Positions 21,113 through 33,209 are shown, numbered from the stretch's first letter. The stretch is DNA of 64,000 nucleotides from an uncultured Alphaproteobacteria bacterium (GCA_963838565.1 CAWIRO010000006.1:6595-70594); one strand, 5' to 3'. Numbers and translations are program-made. Notes: generated by a model from the letters alone, not told the origin.

Positions 21113-21228
21113 TATCGAAGCGGTTCTCCTCCTCCCGAAGCGCTTCGGCCTGACGGACAGCGCTCCTCCTCCCAAGCTGTCGGTCATCTATTGAAGCCCG
21201 GCGCACCTCCTCCCGCGCCGGGCTTTTT
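21113..21228 (+). ncRNA. Cuckoo / alpha-r14 (NfeR1-like) small RNA with three CCUCCUCCC hairpins
   Basis: Three consecutive stems each present CCTCCTCCC (21128-36, 21165-73, 21206-14); the last stem AAGCCCGGCGC..GCGCCGGGCTT is followed by a U-run. Confidence 0.85.
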
Positions 21229-21357
21229 CGTGCCCGGGAAAATCAACAGTGGGATAAGCGGACGAAGGTGACGTGACACTGTTGCAGCGATCGACGCGCC
21301 GGAAAAACTGGCCCGCCGGCCAACCCGCGCCAGCGGGTGGGGATTAACCCGCGTCAG

Positions 21358-21700
21358 CTACCGCCGCACGGTCGCCGGCGCGTGCAGACCGTCGACCTTC
21401 AGCAGATCTTGAACAGGCAGGCCGCTTTCTACCGCCGTCTGGATGCCGTGCTGTGGATCCTCGGCCCGCTTGAGCGGATCGACGAGGTGATGGGCGACGA
21501 GTTTGAGCAGCAACGTCTCGGGCACCGCCAGGGGAGGGGCTTCCCGTGGCCACAGCAGGCTTCGAGGTATGCGAGGCTGGTCCCAGCGACCTGAGCGTAT
21601 TCCCGCCCACGCCTTCACCGCGAGATGCTTGAGCGTTGCGACATCCTGGTCCGTCAGCAATGGCGCCAGCTGGTCCGTGTGCCGACCCGTTTGCGCCGGC
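21358..21700 (-). pseudogene. N-terminal remnant of a rhizobial plasmid tyrosine recombinase
   Basis: LLTDQDVATLKHL..MGGNTLR..PETLLLKLVAHHL.DP..HAPATVRR across shifted frames; the catalytic domain is missing. Confidence 0.65.
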
Positions 21701-21918
21701 GCGCGTCGATGCCGAGGTAAGTGCGGGGGAGCGATGTCAGACAAAAGTCCGATCCTGCGCTAGCGTCACAGTTTGGCCCGATTCCCTAGAAATTTAGGGA
21801 GCGCTTCGATACTTCAATCCGTTCCATCCGGAACGGAACAAACAGCAGCACAAGTGGGCTGCATGAATGTCATCGGGAATATGCTCCGGCGAGGAGAGTC
21901 CCGAAGTTGGGGAGATTC

Positions 21919-23113
21919 ATGTCTCATGCGCGCGAACGGCAACTGGATGGACTTAGGATTCTCGCCATTTCAATGGTCCTGTACGACCATTTCTTAGCAG
22001 CCCAGGGCTCAGCTCTAGGCCATCTCGGCGTTCGTCTGTTCTTTGTACTCAGCGGCTTCCTGATCACTCGGCTGCTCTTGGAAGCGCGTCCCGCCATCCA
22101 CGATGAACCGGGCAATGCGCTTAAAACGTTCTATGTTCGCCGCGCGCTGCGCATATTCCCTCCTTATTTCGCGATCTTGGGCTTCGTCTGGTTTGTCAAC
22201 CTGGAAGGAGCTCGAGGCAGCCTTAAGTGGCACGCGCTCTATCTCTCGAACTTTTGGTATGCGCTTCGCGATGAATGGACGCCCTGGGTGTTGTGCCACA
22301 CCTGGAGCCTCAGCATCGAGGAACAGTTTTACGTCGCCTGGCCGCTGGTCATACTGCTGGCTTCGCGCCGGCTGATTGCAGCCGATTTGCGTCGCCGTCA
22401 TCACCTTCTCACTGGCCTATCGCTTCTACTGGCCTCTGACAGGCACACCGTCTCTTGCGCGCGATCTTCTTCCTCCAGCGTCGATGGATGCGCTCGTAGG
22501 AGGCGCGCTCCTTGCGGTCTATCGACGCAGGACCGAGGTTTGGCCACAATGGATACGGCTAGGCTGGGCGCCCTTGACTGTCGCCTCCATCATTTTCCTG
22601 TGGCTAAAATCAGTGCCCATGACACCTGCGCTCAATTGGCTGGCGTGGATCGGTCTGGAGCTTTCTCCCCTCGTACCACTCGTAATGCTGGTCGGATGTT
22701 GTTCATCAGGCTTGCGAGGGGCCTTCGGCCGAGCACTAGAACTGCCGCCGATCGTCGCAATCGGACGCGTAAGCTACGGCGTTTATCTTTTCCATCCAAT
22801 TGTGCTTTCGCTGATCGTCAAGGCTCAGCCCTGGATCCCGGTCAATGTTTCAGAGCAGGGCCCCGGACGTTTTGTGATTGGGACGGCAGCCACCTTGATG
22901 GTGGCGTCGATTTCTTGGCTGGCCTTCGAGAAGCCGCTCAACCAGCTCAAGCGCTACTTTCCCTATGTCAGCTCCAAAGCCCAGGCCCGCATTCCGTCGT
23001 CTGTCGGGCCGAGCGAGGTCAGGGGACCGGAATATGAAGCCTCAGCTATCGCCGCAGCCATACCAATCGCGGCGGCGGGCCAGAACGCTGACTCCGATGA
23101 ACATGTGAGCTGA
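21919..23113 (+). CDS. Acyltransferase-3 (OafA/ExoZ-like) membrane O-acyltransferase; frameshift near 22380
   Basis: LDGLRILAI, GVRLFFVLSGFLIT, RRALRIFPPY, HTWSLSIEEQFY, GRVSYGVYLFH, FEKP. Confidence 0.88.
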
Positions 23114-24220
23114 ATGATGTCTGTTCCATTGATCTCTGTGGTGCTGCCCGTCTACAACGGTGAACCATACGTTGCTGCCGCGCTCGAGAGCATTCTGCGG
23201 CAGGATTACCCGCATCTTGAAGTCATTGCGCTTGATGACGGCTCGACCGACCGCTCGCTGGATATCCTCAAACGGTATCGAAAAGCCGACGATCGCATCC
23301 GCATCGTATCGCGGGAGAATCGTGGGCTCGTTGCAACCTTGAACGAGGGCATCGCCTTGGCGAAAGGTGATCTTATCGCCAGAATGGATGCAGACGACAT
23401 CTCCTACCCATCCCGCTTCTCACGCCAGGTCGCACTATTTGCGCAGCAGCCTCAGCTCGCGATTAGTGGTACGGGCATCGATCAGCTTGTCGGCAATCGC
23501 GTGGTACTCGGTAAACCAGATCCGATCTATCAGTCCGGGGAGTGGCACATACTGTCGATGTTCTTTACGATCTTCATGCACTCGACCGTGATGTACAACC
23601 GCAAGGTCATCCCTGACGGCATGCTGGTATATGACGCCGGCTATGTGCATGCAGAGGACTTCGATCTCTTCAGGCGCATCGCGCGAGAGTTTCCAGCCGC
23701 CATGATCGATGAGAGCCTGGTCGCCTATCGTATTCACGACGACAGCGTCACAAGCAGGCATAAGCAGCAAATGCGTCGAACCCACTTGAAGATCGTTGCT
23801 GAGAACCTCGAACGGCAATCTCTTTGCGACGATCCGGACGCTCTTTATGACATCGGCGCAGCGGTCACGCCAGACACCGTACGCCGCGCCGCGAATTGCA
23901 TCCGCACGATCGAAAGAAGAATCGCTGAGCAAGTCGCGCCGACGTCCTCCAGCTATGCGGACGGAGTTTTGTGTTTCTTCTATTTCCTTTATCAGCTCAT
24001 TAACGATGAACAGCGACCGGAGCTGACGCACGCGTTTCTCACGCGAACCGGAAAGTGGCAGGTCATTCGGCGTCGAGAGCAATACGGGCATCGCTCCGCC
24101 GTTCACGCGCCCTGGCTGGGCCGGATGTCAGACCGCGCGACCCGGCGACTGGATGCGCTGGTGCGTTACTGTCAATCGGTGCCCATCGAAACCGTACAGC
24201 CGCTTCAGGGGCTCGCATAG
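23114..24220 (+). CDS. GT2 glycosyltransferase
   Basis: ISVVLPVYN, DDGSTD, ARMDADD, AEDFDL. Confidence 0.9.
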   Translation: MMSVPLISVVLPVYNGEPYVAAALESILRQDYPHLEVIALDDGSTDRSLDILKRYRKADDRIRIVSRENRGLVATLNEGIALAKGDLIARMDADDISYPSRFSRQVALFAQQPQLAISGTGIDQLVGNRVVLGKPDPIYQSGEWHILSMFFTIFMHSTVMYNRKVIPDGMLVYDAGYVHAEDFDLFRRIAREFPAAMIDESLVAYRIHDDSVTSRHKQQMRRTHLKIVAENLERQSLCDDPDALYDIGAAVTPDTVRRAANCIRTIERRIAEQVAPTSSSYADGVLCFFYFLYQLINDEQRPELTHAFLTRTGKWQVIRRREQYGHRSAVHAPWLGRMSDRATRRLDALVRYCQSVPIETVQPLQGLA

Positions 24221-24287
24221 TGGCTGGCGCGCAGTCACAGGTAAGCCAGATCATTCAGATAATTCGTCCGCTGAGGTCACAACCGTC

Positions 24288-26082
24288 ATGCTAGAATTCG
24301 TCACGTCGAGTTTTCAGCTATTGCGTCAGGCGCTGGGCAAGCGGCTGGGCCTCGTTGCGGTTGTCGTCGTTTTAGGACTAAGCAGCGCTGTCCTTGAAGG
24401 TACTGGCATTGGTCTCATTATTCCGATGCTCGGTATTATCGCCGGCGAGAAGGGTGCCTCGGGACTGGCCGGCCTCTCGGCGGTCTTCCAGCAAGTGGGT
24501 GCCGGTTTGGATGACCGGACAAGGCTGATTGTGATCGCTGCCGCCATCCTTGGATTGATCGCGCTGAAGAACGTGTTGGCGTTCGCCAATGCCGTGCTCA
24601 CCAATTTTATCTACGGCAGAGCTGGCCACGCGATCCGAAGCTCTCTTGCCGGCCAGCTTTTGACAATCGGATACCCGTTTTTCCTCCAGCAAAGCCCTGG
24701 GCGACTGCTCAACATCATCTCCAACGAATCCTGGCGGGCCTCGGATGCAATACAGACTGTCCTCGCGTCGATCGTCTACGCATCGGCCGTCGTCATTTTG
24801 CTCGCCTTCCTCTTGCTTCTTTCATGGCAGATGACATTGGGCGTCGCACTGGGGCTTGTTCTCATCCAGGCTATTCACGCAACCCTGTCAGCCACTCTGA
24901 AAGCCCTCAGCCGCAACGTCACGTCGTTCAACAGCGAACTTGCCGCCAGGATGCTCCATCTCGTACACGCCGGGCGGCTTATCCGTGCATTCGGACAGGA
25001 ACAGCGTGAGAAGGCAATCTTTGATTCCGCTTCAGATGCCGTACGAAAAGCGGGATTCGTTCTACAATCTCGCCAGGCAGTACTGCCGCCACTGACCGAG
25101 GTGCTGCATTCAGCTCTTTTCCTGACTGTTGTCGTCAGCGCGTGGCTTTGGGGCGTGAGTTTTCCGATTATTGTGGCTTTCGTGGTCCTGCTCTATCGGC
25201 TGCAACCGCATGTACGTGCGCTGCAAATGGCATGGAGTCAGGTGCAAAGCTGGAGCGGTTCTTTGGAAGAGGTCAGATGGCTCTTGGATTCATCTGACAA
25301 ACCGCAGGCCGCCAGCAGGCGATGGCGTGGTTCACGGGCTCCTCCAACAGATCAAATTCGATCGCGTGACTTTCAAATATCCGGGCTCTAGCTCGCGACC
25401 TGTGGTGCTGCGCGCCGCGAACTTCGAAATTCGCCAAGGCCGCTCGACGGCGATTGTCGGACGATCAGGCGCTGGAAAAACCACGATCGTCAATCTTCTG
25501 TGTCGATTTGTGGAACCCGATGAGGGGGATATTCTGATCGACGGCATCTCGCTGAATCGAATCGATCCTGTCCTATGGCGAAGACAAATTGCGCTCGCCA
25601 GCCAAGACCTTGAGCTGATTGATGGTACCATCCTGGAAAACATTACCTATGGCCACAATGCCTCGCTCGCCGAGGCGGAGAACGCAGCCAAGCTTGCTGA
25701 GGCGCACGAGTTCATCGAGAAGCTGCCTGAGGGATATGAGACCGTAGTCGGCTACAGGGGAGCTAGCTTTTCGGCTGGTCAGCGGCAGCGGATCGCGCTG
25801 GCACGGGCCCTGGTACGCGATCCCGAAATCCTCATTCTGGACGAGGCCACGAACGCCATGGACGGACTGTCCGAAGCAGCGATTGTCGAGACCTTGAAAT
25901 CAAGAGCCGGCCGTCGCGCGACGATCGTCATCAGCCATCACCGCAGCACCATTTCGTTTTGCGACGAAGTCGTCATACTCGATGGCGGCCGCGTCAGGAA
26001 TCAGACCCCTTTTGCCGAGGTCGCTACATTGAGCATGGACCAGCTCTACGAGCATGAATCGCTCTCTCCCCAGGTGCGGTGA
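24288..26082 (+). CDS. ABC exporter, TMD+NBD (MsbA/PglK-like flippase); frameshift near 25305
   Basis: Hydrophobic N-terminal domain, GRSGAGKTT, FSAGQRQRIALARAL, LILDEAT. Confidence 0.85.
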
Positions 26083-26439
26083 AGGACACCCGTCGACGGG
26101 ACCATTCGCGCCTCAATACACCTCGTTCTGACTGATGGCGTTAAGCGAAATTGCGTCGGCCTTGTAACTTGCGAAATATCACAAAATCGGTGGTTGCCCA
26201 AGGTACAATATCGCTGTTGATCGGCGTTCGCTAGATTGACCGCCATGAGTGCTTTCGCAATGCGCAGCGGACGCTCGGCCGGATGCCGTTGCCACTTGAA
26301 GGGCGTCCGAAATTTGAAATTGCTCCAGTTGTTTCGATTGAATTCAGAGTGAACACGCACCTGCGGCGCTCTTTGAATTTGCCGTCGTGCGTTTGAATGA
26401 ATCATCGTTCGGCCGGATATCACAACGGAGGAAACCAAG

Positions 26440-28124
26440 ATGAATCGCAAGATAATCTACGGCATCGGGGCATTGGCTGCCTCAACCGTTCTTTGGTGCA
26501 CATCCCCCCTGCAAGCCCAGGACGCGCAAAGAAACCCAACATCGTTGTCATCATGGGCGATGACGTCGGCTGGTTCAATATCGGTGCCTATCACCGGGGC
26601 ATCATGTCCGGGAAGACGCCCAACCTCGACAAGCTGGCGGCCGAGGGCATGATGTTCACCGACTATTATGCGGAGGCAAGTTGCACTGCTGGCCGGGCGA
26701 GTTTCATCACCGGAGAAATTCCGTTGCGCACCGGCCTGACGACTGTTGGTCAGGCGGGCGCAGACGTCGGCATGCCTGACAAGGCGGCAACCATCGCCGC
26801 CGCGCTCAAGACCGAGGGATACGCCACCGGCCAGTTCGGCAAGAACCATCTCGGCGATTTGAACAAGTTTCTGCCGACACTGCATGGCTTCGATGAGTTC
26901 TTTGGCTACCTCTATCACCTCGATGCGATGTCAGACCCCTACTGGTATTCGTTTCCGAATGACCAGTCGTACCGTGACAAAGTCGGGCCGCGCAATCTGG
27001 TCCACAGCTTTGCAACGGATACGGACGACACGAGCGAGCAGCCGCGTTGGGGCAAGATCGGCAAGCAGAGGATCGTGGACGAGGGACCTCTGGCGCCGTA
27101 CCCCGACATGTCCAACGTGCCGAACATGCATGACATCATGCCCAAGGCCAAGTACGACATGACGACCTTCGACGAAGTGCTGGTCAAGGCTTCGTGCGAC
27201 TTCATGGACAAGGCCAAGACCGACGGCAAACCGTTTTTCGTCTGGCACAACACGACGCGCATGCACGTCTGGACGTTTCTGTCGCCCAAATACCAAGCCC
27301 TTATGAACAGCGACAGCAACTATGGCCTCGAAGAAGCTGGCATGGCGCAGCTCGATGACAGCGTCGGCGCTATCCTGAAATGCGTGGAGGATGCAGGCGA
27401 GACCGACAACACCATCGTCATTTTCACCACCGACAATGGGGCGGAGGTGTTTACCTGGCCCGACGGTGGCATGACCCCGTTCAAGGGCACCAAGGGTACC
27501 GTGATGGAAGGCGGCTTCCGTGCACCGGCCATCATCCGCTGGCCGGGCAAGGTCAAGCCGGGTACGGTCGAGAACGGCATATTTTCGGCCCTGGATTGGT
27601 TCCCCACGCTGGTGGCGGCAGCCGGCAACACCGAGATCACTGACCAGTTGCTCAAGGGTGTGAAGCTGGGCGACAGGACCTACAAGAACCACCTTGATGG
27701 CTACAATCAGTTGGACCTGCTGTTGGGCAAATCACCATCCGCACGGCATGAATTTTTCTACTTCGGCGGCCCTTCTCTGGGTGCAGTTCGCATCGATAAC
27801 TTCAAGTTCCAGTTCTTCCAACAGCCGCAGGGCTGGCCCGGTGCGAAGGTAACGACGGACATGCCCACCATGGTCAATATCCGTCAGGACCCATTCGAGC
27901 GGACACCGTCGATTGGCGAGCAAAGCCTCAATGACCTTGGTGGAGGCTACATGAATGACTTCTTTGCTCGCGAGTTCTGGCGGTTCGTCAGCGTTCAGCA
28001 GGAAGTCGGCAAACTTGCGCTCACGGCGATTGACTACCCGCCGATGCAGGACCCGGCCTCCTTCAACCTGGATGCCGTGAAGAGGCAGATCGACGCAGCG
28101 ATCAAGAACAAGCCGGGCAACTAA
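26440..28124 (+). CDS. Secreted formylglycine-type (aryl)sulfatase; frameshift just after the signal peptide (~26525)
   Basis: Signal peptide MNRKIIYGIGALAA..LQAQ after an RBS, then KPNIVVIMGDD, SCTAGRAS (C-x-A-x-R), GKNHLGD, TTDNG. Confidence 0.88.
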
Positions 28125-28139
28125 GACGGGATCAACGCG

Positions 28140-28164
28140 ACGGGCGGTCTTTGCGGCCGCCCGT
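28140..28164. terminator. Hairpin between convergent genes
   Basis: ACGGGCGGTC-TTTGC-GGCCGCCCGT. Confidence 0.55.
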
Positions 28165-28173
28165 TCTCAGCGC

Positions 28174-28362
28174 TCACGCATAGAAACACGAAAGGCTCAC
28201 TTGGTGATCGCGGTTGAGCAGATCGACCAAGCTCTCAGCCTCTTCGGCGGTGAGCGCATCCATGACAAATCCATCGACGACGGCTGGCTGTCCAATGACT
28301 CCATCGAACACAGTCCAGTAGATGTTGAGGTTCTTGTGAACGCTATATCTTTGCGCTGCCAT
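28174..28362 (-). CDS. Small hypothetical protein of a type seen in rhizobia
   Basis: RYSV..WTVFD..GQPAVVDG..EEAESLVDLLN resembles small rhizobial proteins I recall; preceded by GAGG. Confidence 0.55.
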   Translation of the reverse strand: MAAQRYSVHKNLNIYWTVFDGVIGQPAVVDGFVMDALTAEEAESLVDLLNRDHQVSLSCFYA

Positions 28363-28785
28363 ATCGACCTGCCTCGGGTTCCGTGCGGTTTGCCCGACGT
28401 TACCCCTGATAGTTTGCTTCAGAGTTTGTGAGCGACCTGTCGAGATCAGGAACGCCTGATGGTGACACTGTCAGTCGCTCAGCAGAGCCATAAGGGCTTG
28501 CCTTGAGGGGTGGTGAACGAGCCCTTGCACCAGAGAGGGTGCGTTGGTTAGAGCATTTGTGTGCCCACTATAATAGAGATGCGTTCGCATCGGAGATGCT
28601 ATCCACTCGTATATCACCGTGCATTCGCAACTGGAAAACTCAAGATGGCTCCATGCCCAACCTGCGGCATGGTTCATGCGGCGCGGCGCTTAGCTTTACT
28701 GCACAAGACGCCGCGCGCTTACTTGGACACGCGGCGTTCCAGGTTGAAGCTCGCAAGGTAAATGTCTGTGGCAAGCGCGATGCCC

Positions 28786-29706
28786 TTACGGGCACTGAGC
28801 GCCCGTTGTCGTGACATAGACTGAATAAAGCGATCTCGTCGCTGTGATGAACAGCCGGTTGCGCCGCGGTCCGCCGAAAGTAAGGTTTGCGACGGTCTGC
28901 GGCACCTTGATCTTTCCGAGCAGCGCACCTTCCGGCGAGAAACAGTGAACGCCGTCTTCCGCGCTGGTCCAAAGATTGCCTGCTTCATCAAGCCGGAATC
29001 CGTCCGGAATACCCGTGTCGAGGCTGCAAAAGATCCTGCCGTTTGCGAGCCGTCTTCCGTCGATGACGTCGAAAACTCGGATATGGCGCGGTACCGTGAC
29101 ATCATGGCTGGAGCCGGATTCGGCGACGTAGAGTTTCGTCTCGTCGGGAGAAAAGGCAAGCCCGTTCGGCTGGCGGAAATCATCGACGACCGCATCGATT
29201 TCGCCGGTCTCAGGATCGAGCCGATAGACGTTGCGCGTCGGTTGTTCCGGCTCTGCCTTGTAGCCTTCATAATCCGACAGAATGCCGTAGGTCGGATCTG
29301 TGAACCACACGGTGCCGTCTGAACGGACGATCACGTCGTTGGGCGAATTTAGCCGCTTTCCCTTGTAGCTGTCGGCAAGTACGGTGATGGAACCATCGAC
29401 TTCCGTCCGGGTGACGCGGCGCGTCCCGTGTTCGCAGGAGACCAGGCGTCCCTGACGGTCCCGCGTGTGGCCGTTGGCGAAATTGGATGGCGAGCGGAAA
29501 ACGGACACGCCGCCCTCGGGCACCCAGCGCAAGATTCGCTGATTTGGAATGTCGCTCCAGAGAAGGCAGTTCAAATCCGAGAACCAAACGGGGCCTTCCG
29601 CCCAGCGGCAATCTGAGTAAAGTTCCTCAAGCGCCGCACTTCCGACCGTCAGGTGGCGGAACCGCTCATCGTGGATTTCATACAGAGACTGATTGTCCTG
29701 CGGCAT
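28786..29706 (-). CDS. SMP-30/gluconolactonase family protein
   Basis: WAEGPVW, WSDIPN, NSPNDV, FTDP, PNGLAFSPDE, PDG. Confidence 0.9.
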   Translation of the reverse strand: MPQDNQSLYEIHDERFRHLTVGSAALEELYSDCRWAEGPVWFSDLNCLLWSDIPNQRILRWVPEGGVSVFRSPSNFANGHTRDRQGRLVSCEHGTRRVTRTEVDGSITVLADSYKGKRLNSPNDVIVRSDGTVWFTDPTYGILSDYEGYKAEPEQPTRNVYRLDPETGEIDAVVDDFRQPNGLAFSPDETKLYVAESGSSHDVTVPRHIRVFDVIDGRRLANGRIFCSLDTGIPDGFRLDEAGNLWTSAEDGVHCFSPEGALLGKIKVPQTVANLTFGGPRRNRLFITATRSLYSVYVTTTGAQCP

Positions 29707-29778
29707 GGGCTTTTTCCTGTGTAGTGGAAGACGCAACAATTCCGACATTCGATGACGATCGCTGACGGGAGACAGATT

Positions 29779-30727
29779 TCATCGGGTCGCCTTCCGTCCG
29801 CCGGCGACCAGGATGACGGCGATGATGATCACGCCCGGTGAGGATCAGACGGAATCCTGCGCCAAAACCGTATGTGTTGAGCATCGAGACCACGAGGAAC
29901 ATGAAGAGGGAGGCGCCCCAGATGCCGGGAATATTGGAATCGCCACCTGCGACGGCCGTACCGCCGATGACCACGACGGCGATCGACATCAGCAGATATT
30001 CCGCTCCCATGTTAAGCGCCGCGCCGCCCGAGAAGCTTGCGAGCAGGTAGCCGCAGACGGCCGCAAGTACCGCGCAAAGGACATAGGTGGCCAAGCGTGT
30101 GCCGTCGACAGGAATCCCGGTCATTCGCGCCGCGAAGGTGCTCTGCCCGATCGCGGAGATCCAGCGGCCGTAGATGCTCTTTTCGAGAAGCAGCCACGCG
30201 ATGAGCGAAAGGACGAGGGCCACGATCGCGACACTGGGGATGCCGAAGACATCCGACGTGGTGAAAGTCGCAAGCAGCTCCGGCGGTTTGATGCGCAGGC
30301 CGCGGTTCGCCCAGATCGCTGTCGACTGCACGATGAAGCTCATCGACAGCGTGGCGATGATCGGCGGTATGCGGAGCAGCTTGATAAGGGCGTAGTTGCC
30401 GATGCCGACAACGACGCCAAGCAGGATCGACACGATGAGGCCGACCGCGATCATGCCGTCCTGCACGTCCATCACCTTCAGGGCGAGCGTGCCGGCAAGC
30501 GTCATGGTCGCAGGTACCGAAAGGTCGATATTGCCGGGTCCGAGCGTGATCACGAACATCTGGCCGAGGCCGACGATGACCGAGAAGGCAGCAAATGTCA
30601 GGGCGGCCTGCGAAAGGCTGAGCGAGCTTGCACCGCCCGTGAAAAGGACCGTGATCACCCAGACAGCCACGGTTGCGGCAAAGGACCAGATCCAGGGTTT
30701 CCTGGAAAGGAAGCGGATGGCGTTCAT
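29779..30727 (-). CDS. Sugar ABC permease; frameshift near 29835
   Basis: GPGNIDLSV, IPPIIATL, SIAVVVIGG; corrected end ..GGRKATR*. Confidence 0.87.
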
Positions 30728-31666
30728 CGATTTTTCTCCCGCTTCTCAAGCCGGTTTAGGGCGAGCCGAAGAGCCAGAACGACAATCAGGATCGCGCCTT
30801 GTGCGCCGATCTGCCAGTCCGGCGAGATATGCATGAAGGAAAGGAAGGATCCGGCCAGCGTCAGTGTCAGCGCGCCGATCACGGCACCGATCGGCGGAAA
30901 CGCGCCCGCCCACGAATTCGCCGCCGCCGAGAATGACGCCGGCGATCGACAGAAGCGTATAGCGCAGCGCAATGTTGGCGTCCGCTGACGTCGTCAAGCC
31001 GACCAGTGCGATTCCCGATAGAACAGCAAAGAAGCCGGCCAGCGCGAAAGTTCCGGCGCGTATGGCAATCACCGACCAGCCGGCGCGTTCGACCGAGCGG
31101 AAATTTCCGCCGACGCCGCGGATCAGGACCCCAAAGGACGACCGCATGATGACCTGCGTAATGACAGCGATCACAACGCTCGCCACGATTGCCATCGGAA
31201 CGAAAGGTGGCTTGGAGGTCATCAGCCAGCGGGCCCAGTCAGGCGCGTTCCCGCCGGGCGAAGGCAGCAGGAGCACGGCGAGGCCGCCCCAGACGAAACT
31301 CATGCCAAGCGTCACGACGATCGAGGGAATATCCCTGACATAGATGACGACGCCAATCGCGGCGTAGACCGCGATCGCGGCGGCGAGGATGAGAACGCCG
31401 ACGAGAGGTGAGGTCTGCAGAAGGGTCGCGGCGACACAGGCCGTAAAGCTGACGAACGTTCCCATCGACAGGTCGAGATCGTTGACGGCCATGATCAGCA
31501 TCTGGGCGACCGTCGCCAGCGCGATCGGCACTGCGAGATTGAACAGCAGGTTGAGGCCGGTATAGCTCATCGCGCGCGGCTGCATGTAGAATACCGCCAC
31601 GAGCAGGAGTGCGAGCGACACTGCCGGAATGATCAGGCGGATGGTGCCGGAGGAAAGCCGTATCAT
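30724..31666 (-). CDS. Sugar ABC permease; frameshift near 30895
   Basis: DLDLSMG, IPSIVVTLG, SIAGVILGG; C-terminus lies in ORF 30724-30972. Confidence 0.87.
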
Positions 31667-33128
31667 TCGCCTGCTCCCGAAAATGAGGCTTCGAGGACGT
31701 TCTTCTCGGTGATTTCGTCACCGGCGAGTTCGGCAACGATCACGCCGTCCCGGAAGACGTAGACCCGATCGCAAAGGCGGATCTCATCCATTTCCGTCGA
31801 ATACCATATGAAGGTACGCCCGCCCGCGGCTTCGGAACGCAGGATGTCATAGACCTCCTGCTTGGTGCCGATGTCGACCCCGCGCATCGGGTCGTCCATG
31901 AGGACGGTGGTCGCCGTCGTGGCCAGTGCACGGCCGAAGAGGACTTTCTGCTGGTTGCCGCCGGAAAGCGACAGAATCCGATTTTCCATGTCGGGTGTGC
32001 GGATCTCGATCTTCCTTTTCCAGCTCTCGCCGAGCGCATGTTCGCGCTTTCCGTCAACGAGATTTCGCGCCGAAAGATCGCCAAGGGAGGCGATGCTCAG
32101 GTTCTTCAGGATGCTCCACAGGGGAAACGTGCCGTTGAGGCTACGGTCGCCGGCGACAAACGCGATGTCGCGCTGACGGCCTGGCAACCAGTTGCTGTTG
32201 CGGGACAGATAAAGATCGAGAAGCGCTTCCGTCTGTCCGTGTCCGCCGAGCCCCGCAAGGCCGACAATTTCGCCGCGCATCGCCTTGAACGGCAGACCGT
32301 GGCCACGGCGCGGTTCCATGGACAGGACGACCGGAGCTGTCGTTCGCCGCGCGGGCGGATCGCTCCCATTTCTGCTCGCGCATCACGTTGCCCATCGCCT
32401 CGACGAGGGTGCGTGTCGTGAAGTCTGCGGCTGGCCGGTTCGCCACGACCTTTCCGTCCTTCATCACGACGATACGGTTCGCCGTCGACAGGATTTCGCC
32501 GAGCATGTGTGAAATCAGCAGGACCGATCCTCCGGCCGAAACGAAGCGGCGCACATATTCCATGAGCTGTGCTGCAAGTCCGGCGTCCAGCGATGAGGTC
32601 GGCTCATCGAGGATGACGAGTTTCGGCTGCTCGCCGACGCCGGCGAAACTGATGGCGATTTCCACCATCTGCCGTTCGGCGATCGAGAGTTCGCTGACCG
32701 TGCTGTTGCAATCGATGCCGTGACCGGGAAAGATTTCCGTGAGCTTGGTTTCAACGAGATCGAGTGCCAGCTTTCGCCAGTTCCAGCCCTTCAGATCGCT
32801 GTGCATGATGCGGGCATTTTCGTTGACCGCGAGATTGGGGCACAGGGAAAGCTCCTGGAACACGCAGCGCACTCCATGGCGGCGTGCCGCCATGATCCCA
32901 TGACCGCCGGCATTGCCGCCATAGGTGATCGTGCCGGCGTGTGGATTGAGGCCGCCGTTGATCACGTTGACGATCGTCGATTTGCCGGCTCCGTTGTGGC
33001 CGACGAGACCGACGCATTCGCCGGCCCGAATGATGAGGTCCGCTCCGTCGAGAGCCTTGACGGCTCCATACTCGACTCTTGATGCCTTTGGCGGCAACGA
33101 CCTCTTGTCTCAGCGCTGCGTCTGTCAT
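31663..33128 (-). CDS. Sugar ABC ATPase (RbsA-like); frameshifts near 33085 and 32330
   Basis: [35 protein letters not shown]. Confidence 0.87.
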
Positions 33129-33183
33129 GAATCCGTCATTACCGATGTTTTGCCGAAAACCTGCGGGGTGCCTTCACCAGCGA

Positions 33184-33209
33184 CCGGTGCCATGAGGCCA
33201 TGGCATCGG
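33184..33209 (-). terminator. Hairpin after the SBP gene
   Basis: CCGGTGCCATG-AGGC-CATGGCATCGG. Confidence 0.45.

Noticed and set aside
21113-21228. CRISPR-like or REP repeats
   Set aside because: The repeated unit is only a 9-nt loop motif in hairpins; no spacers or cas genes. No CRISPR array, tRNA or rRNA was seen in the window.
28561-28761. Small ORF with a CPTC motif
   Set aside because: Single CxxC, no clear RBS or homology; probably spurious.
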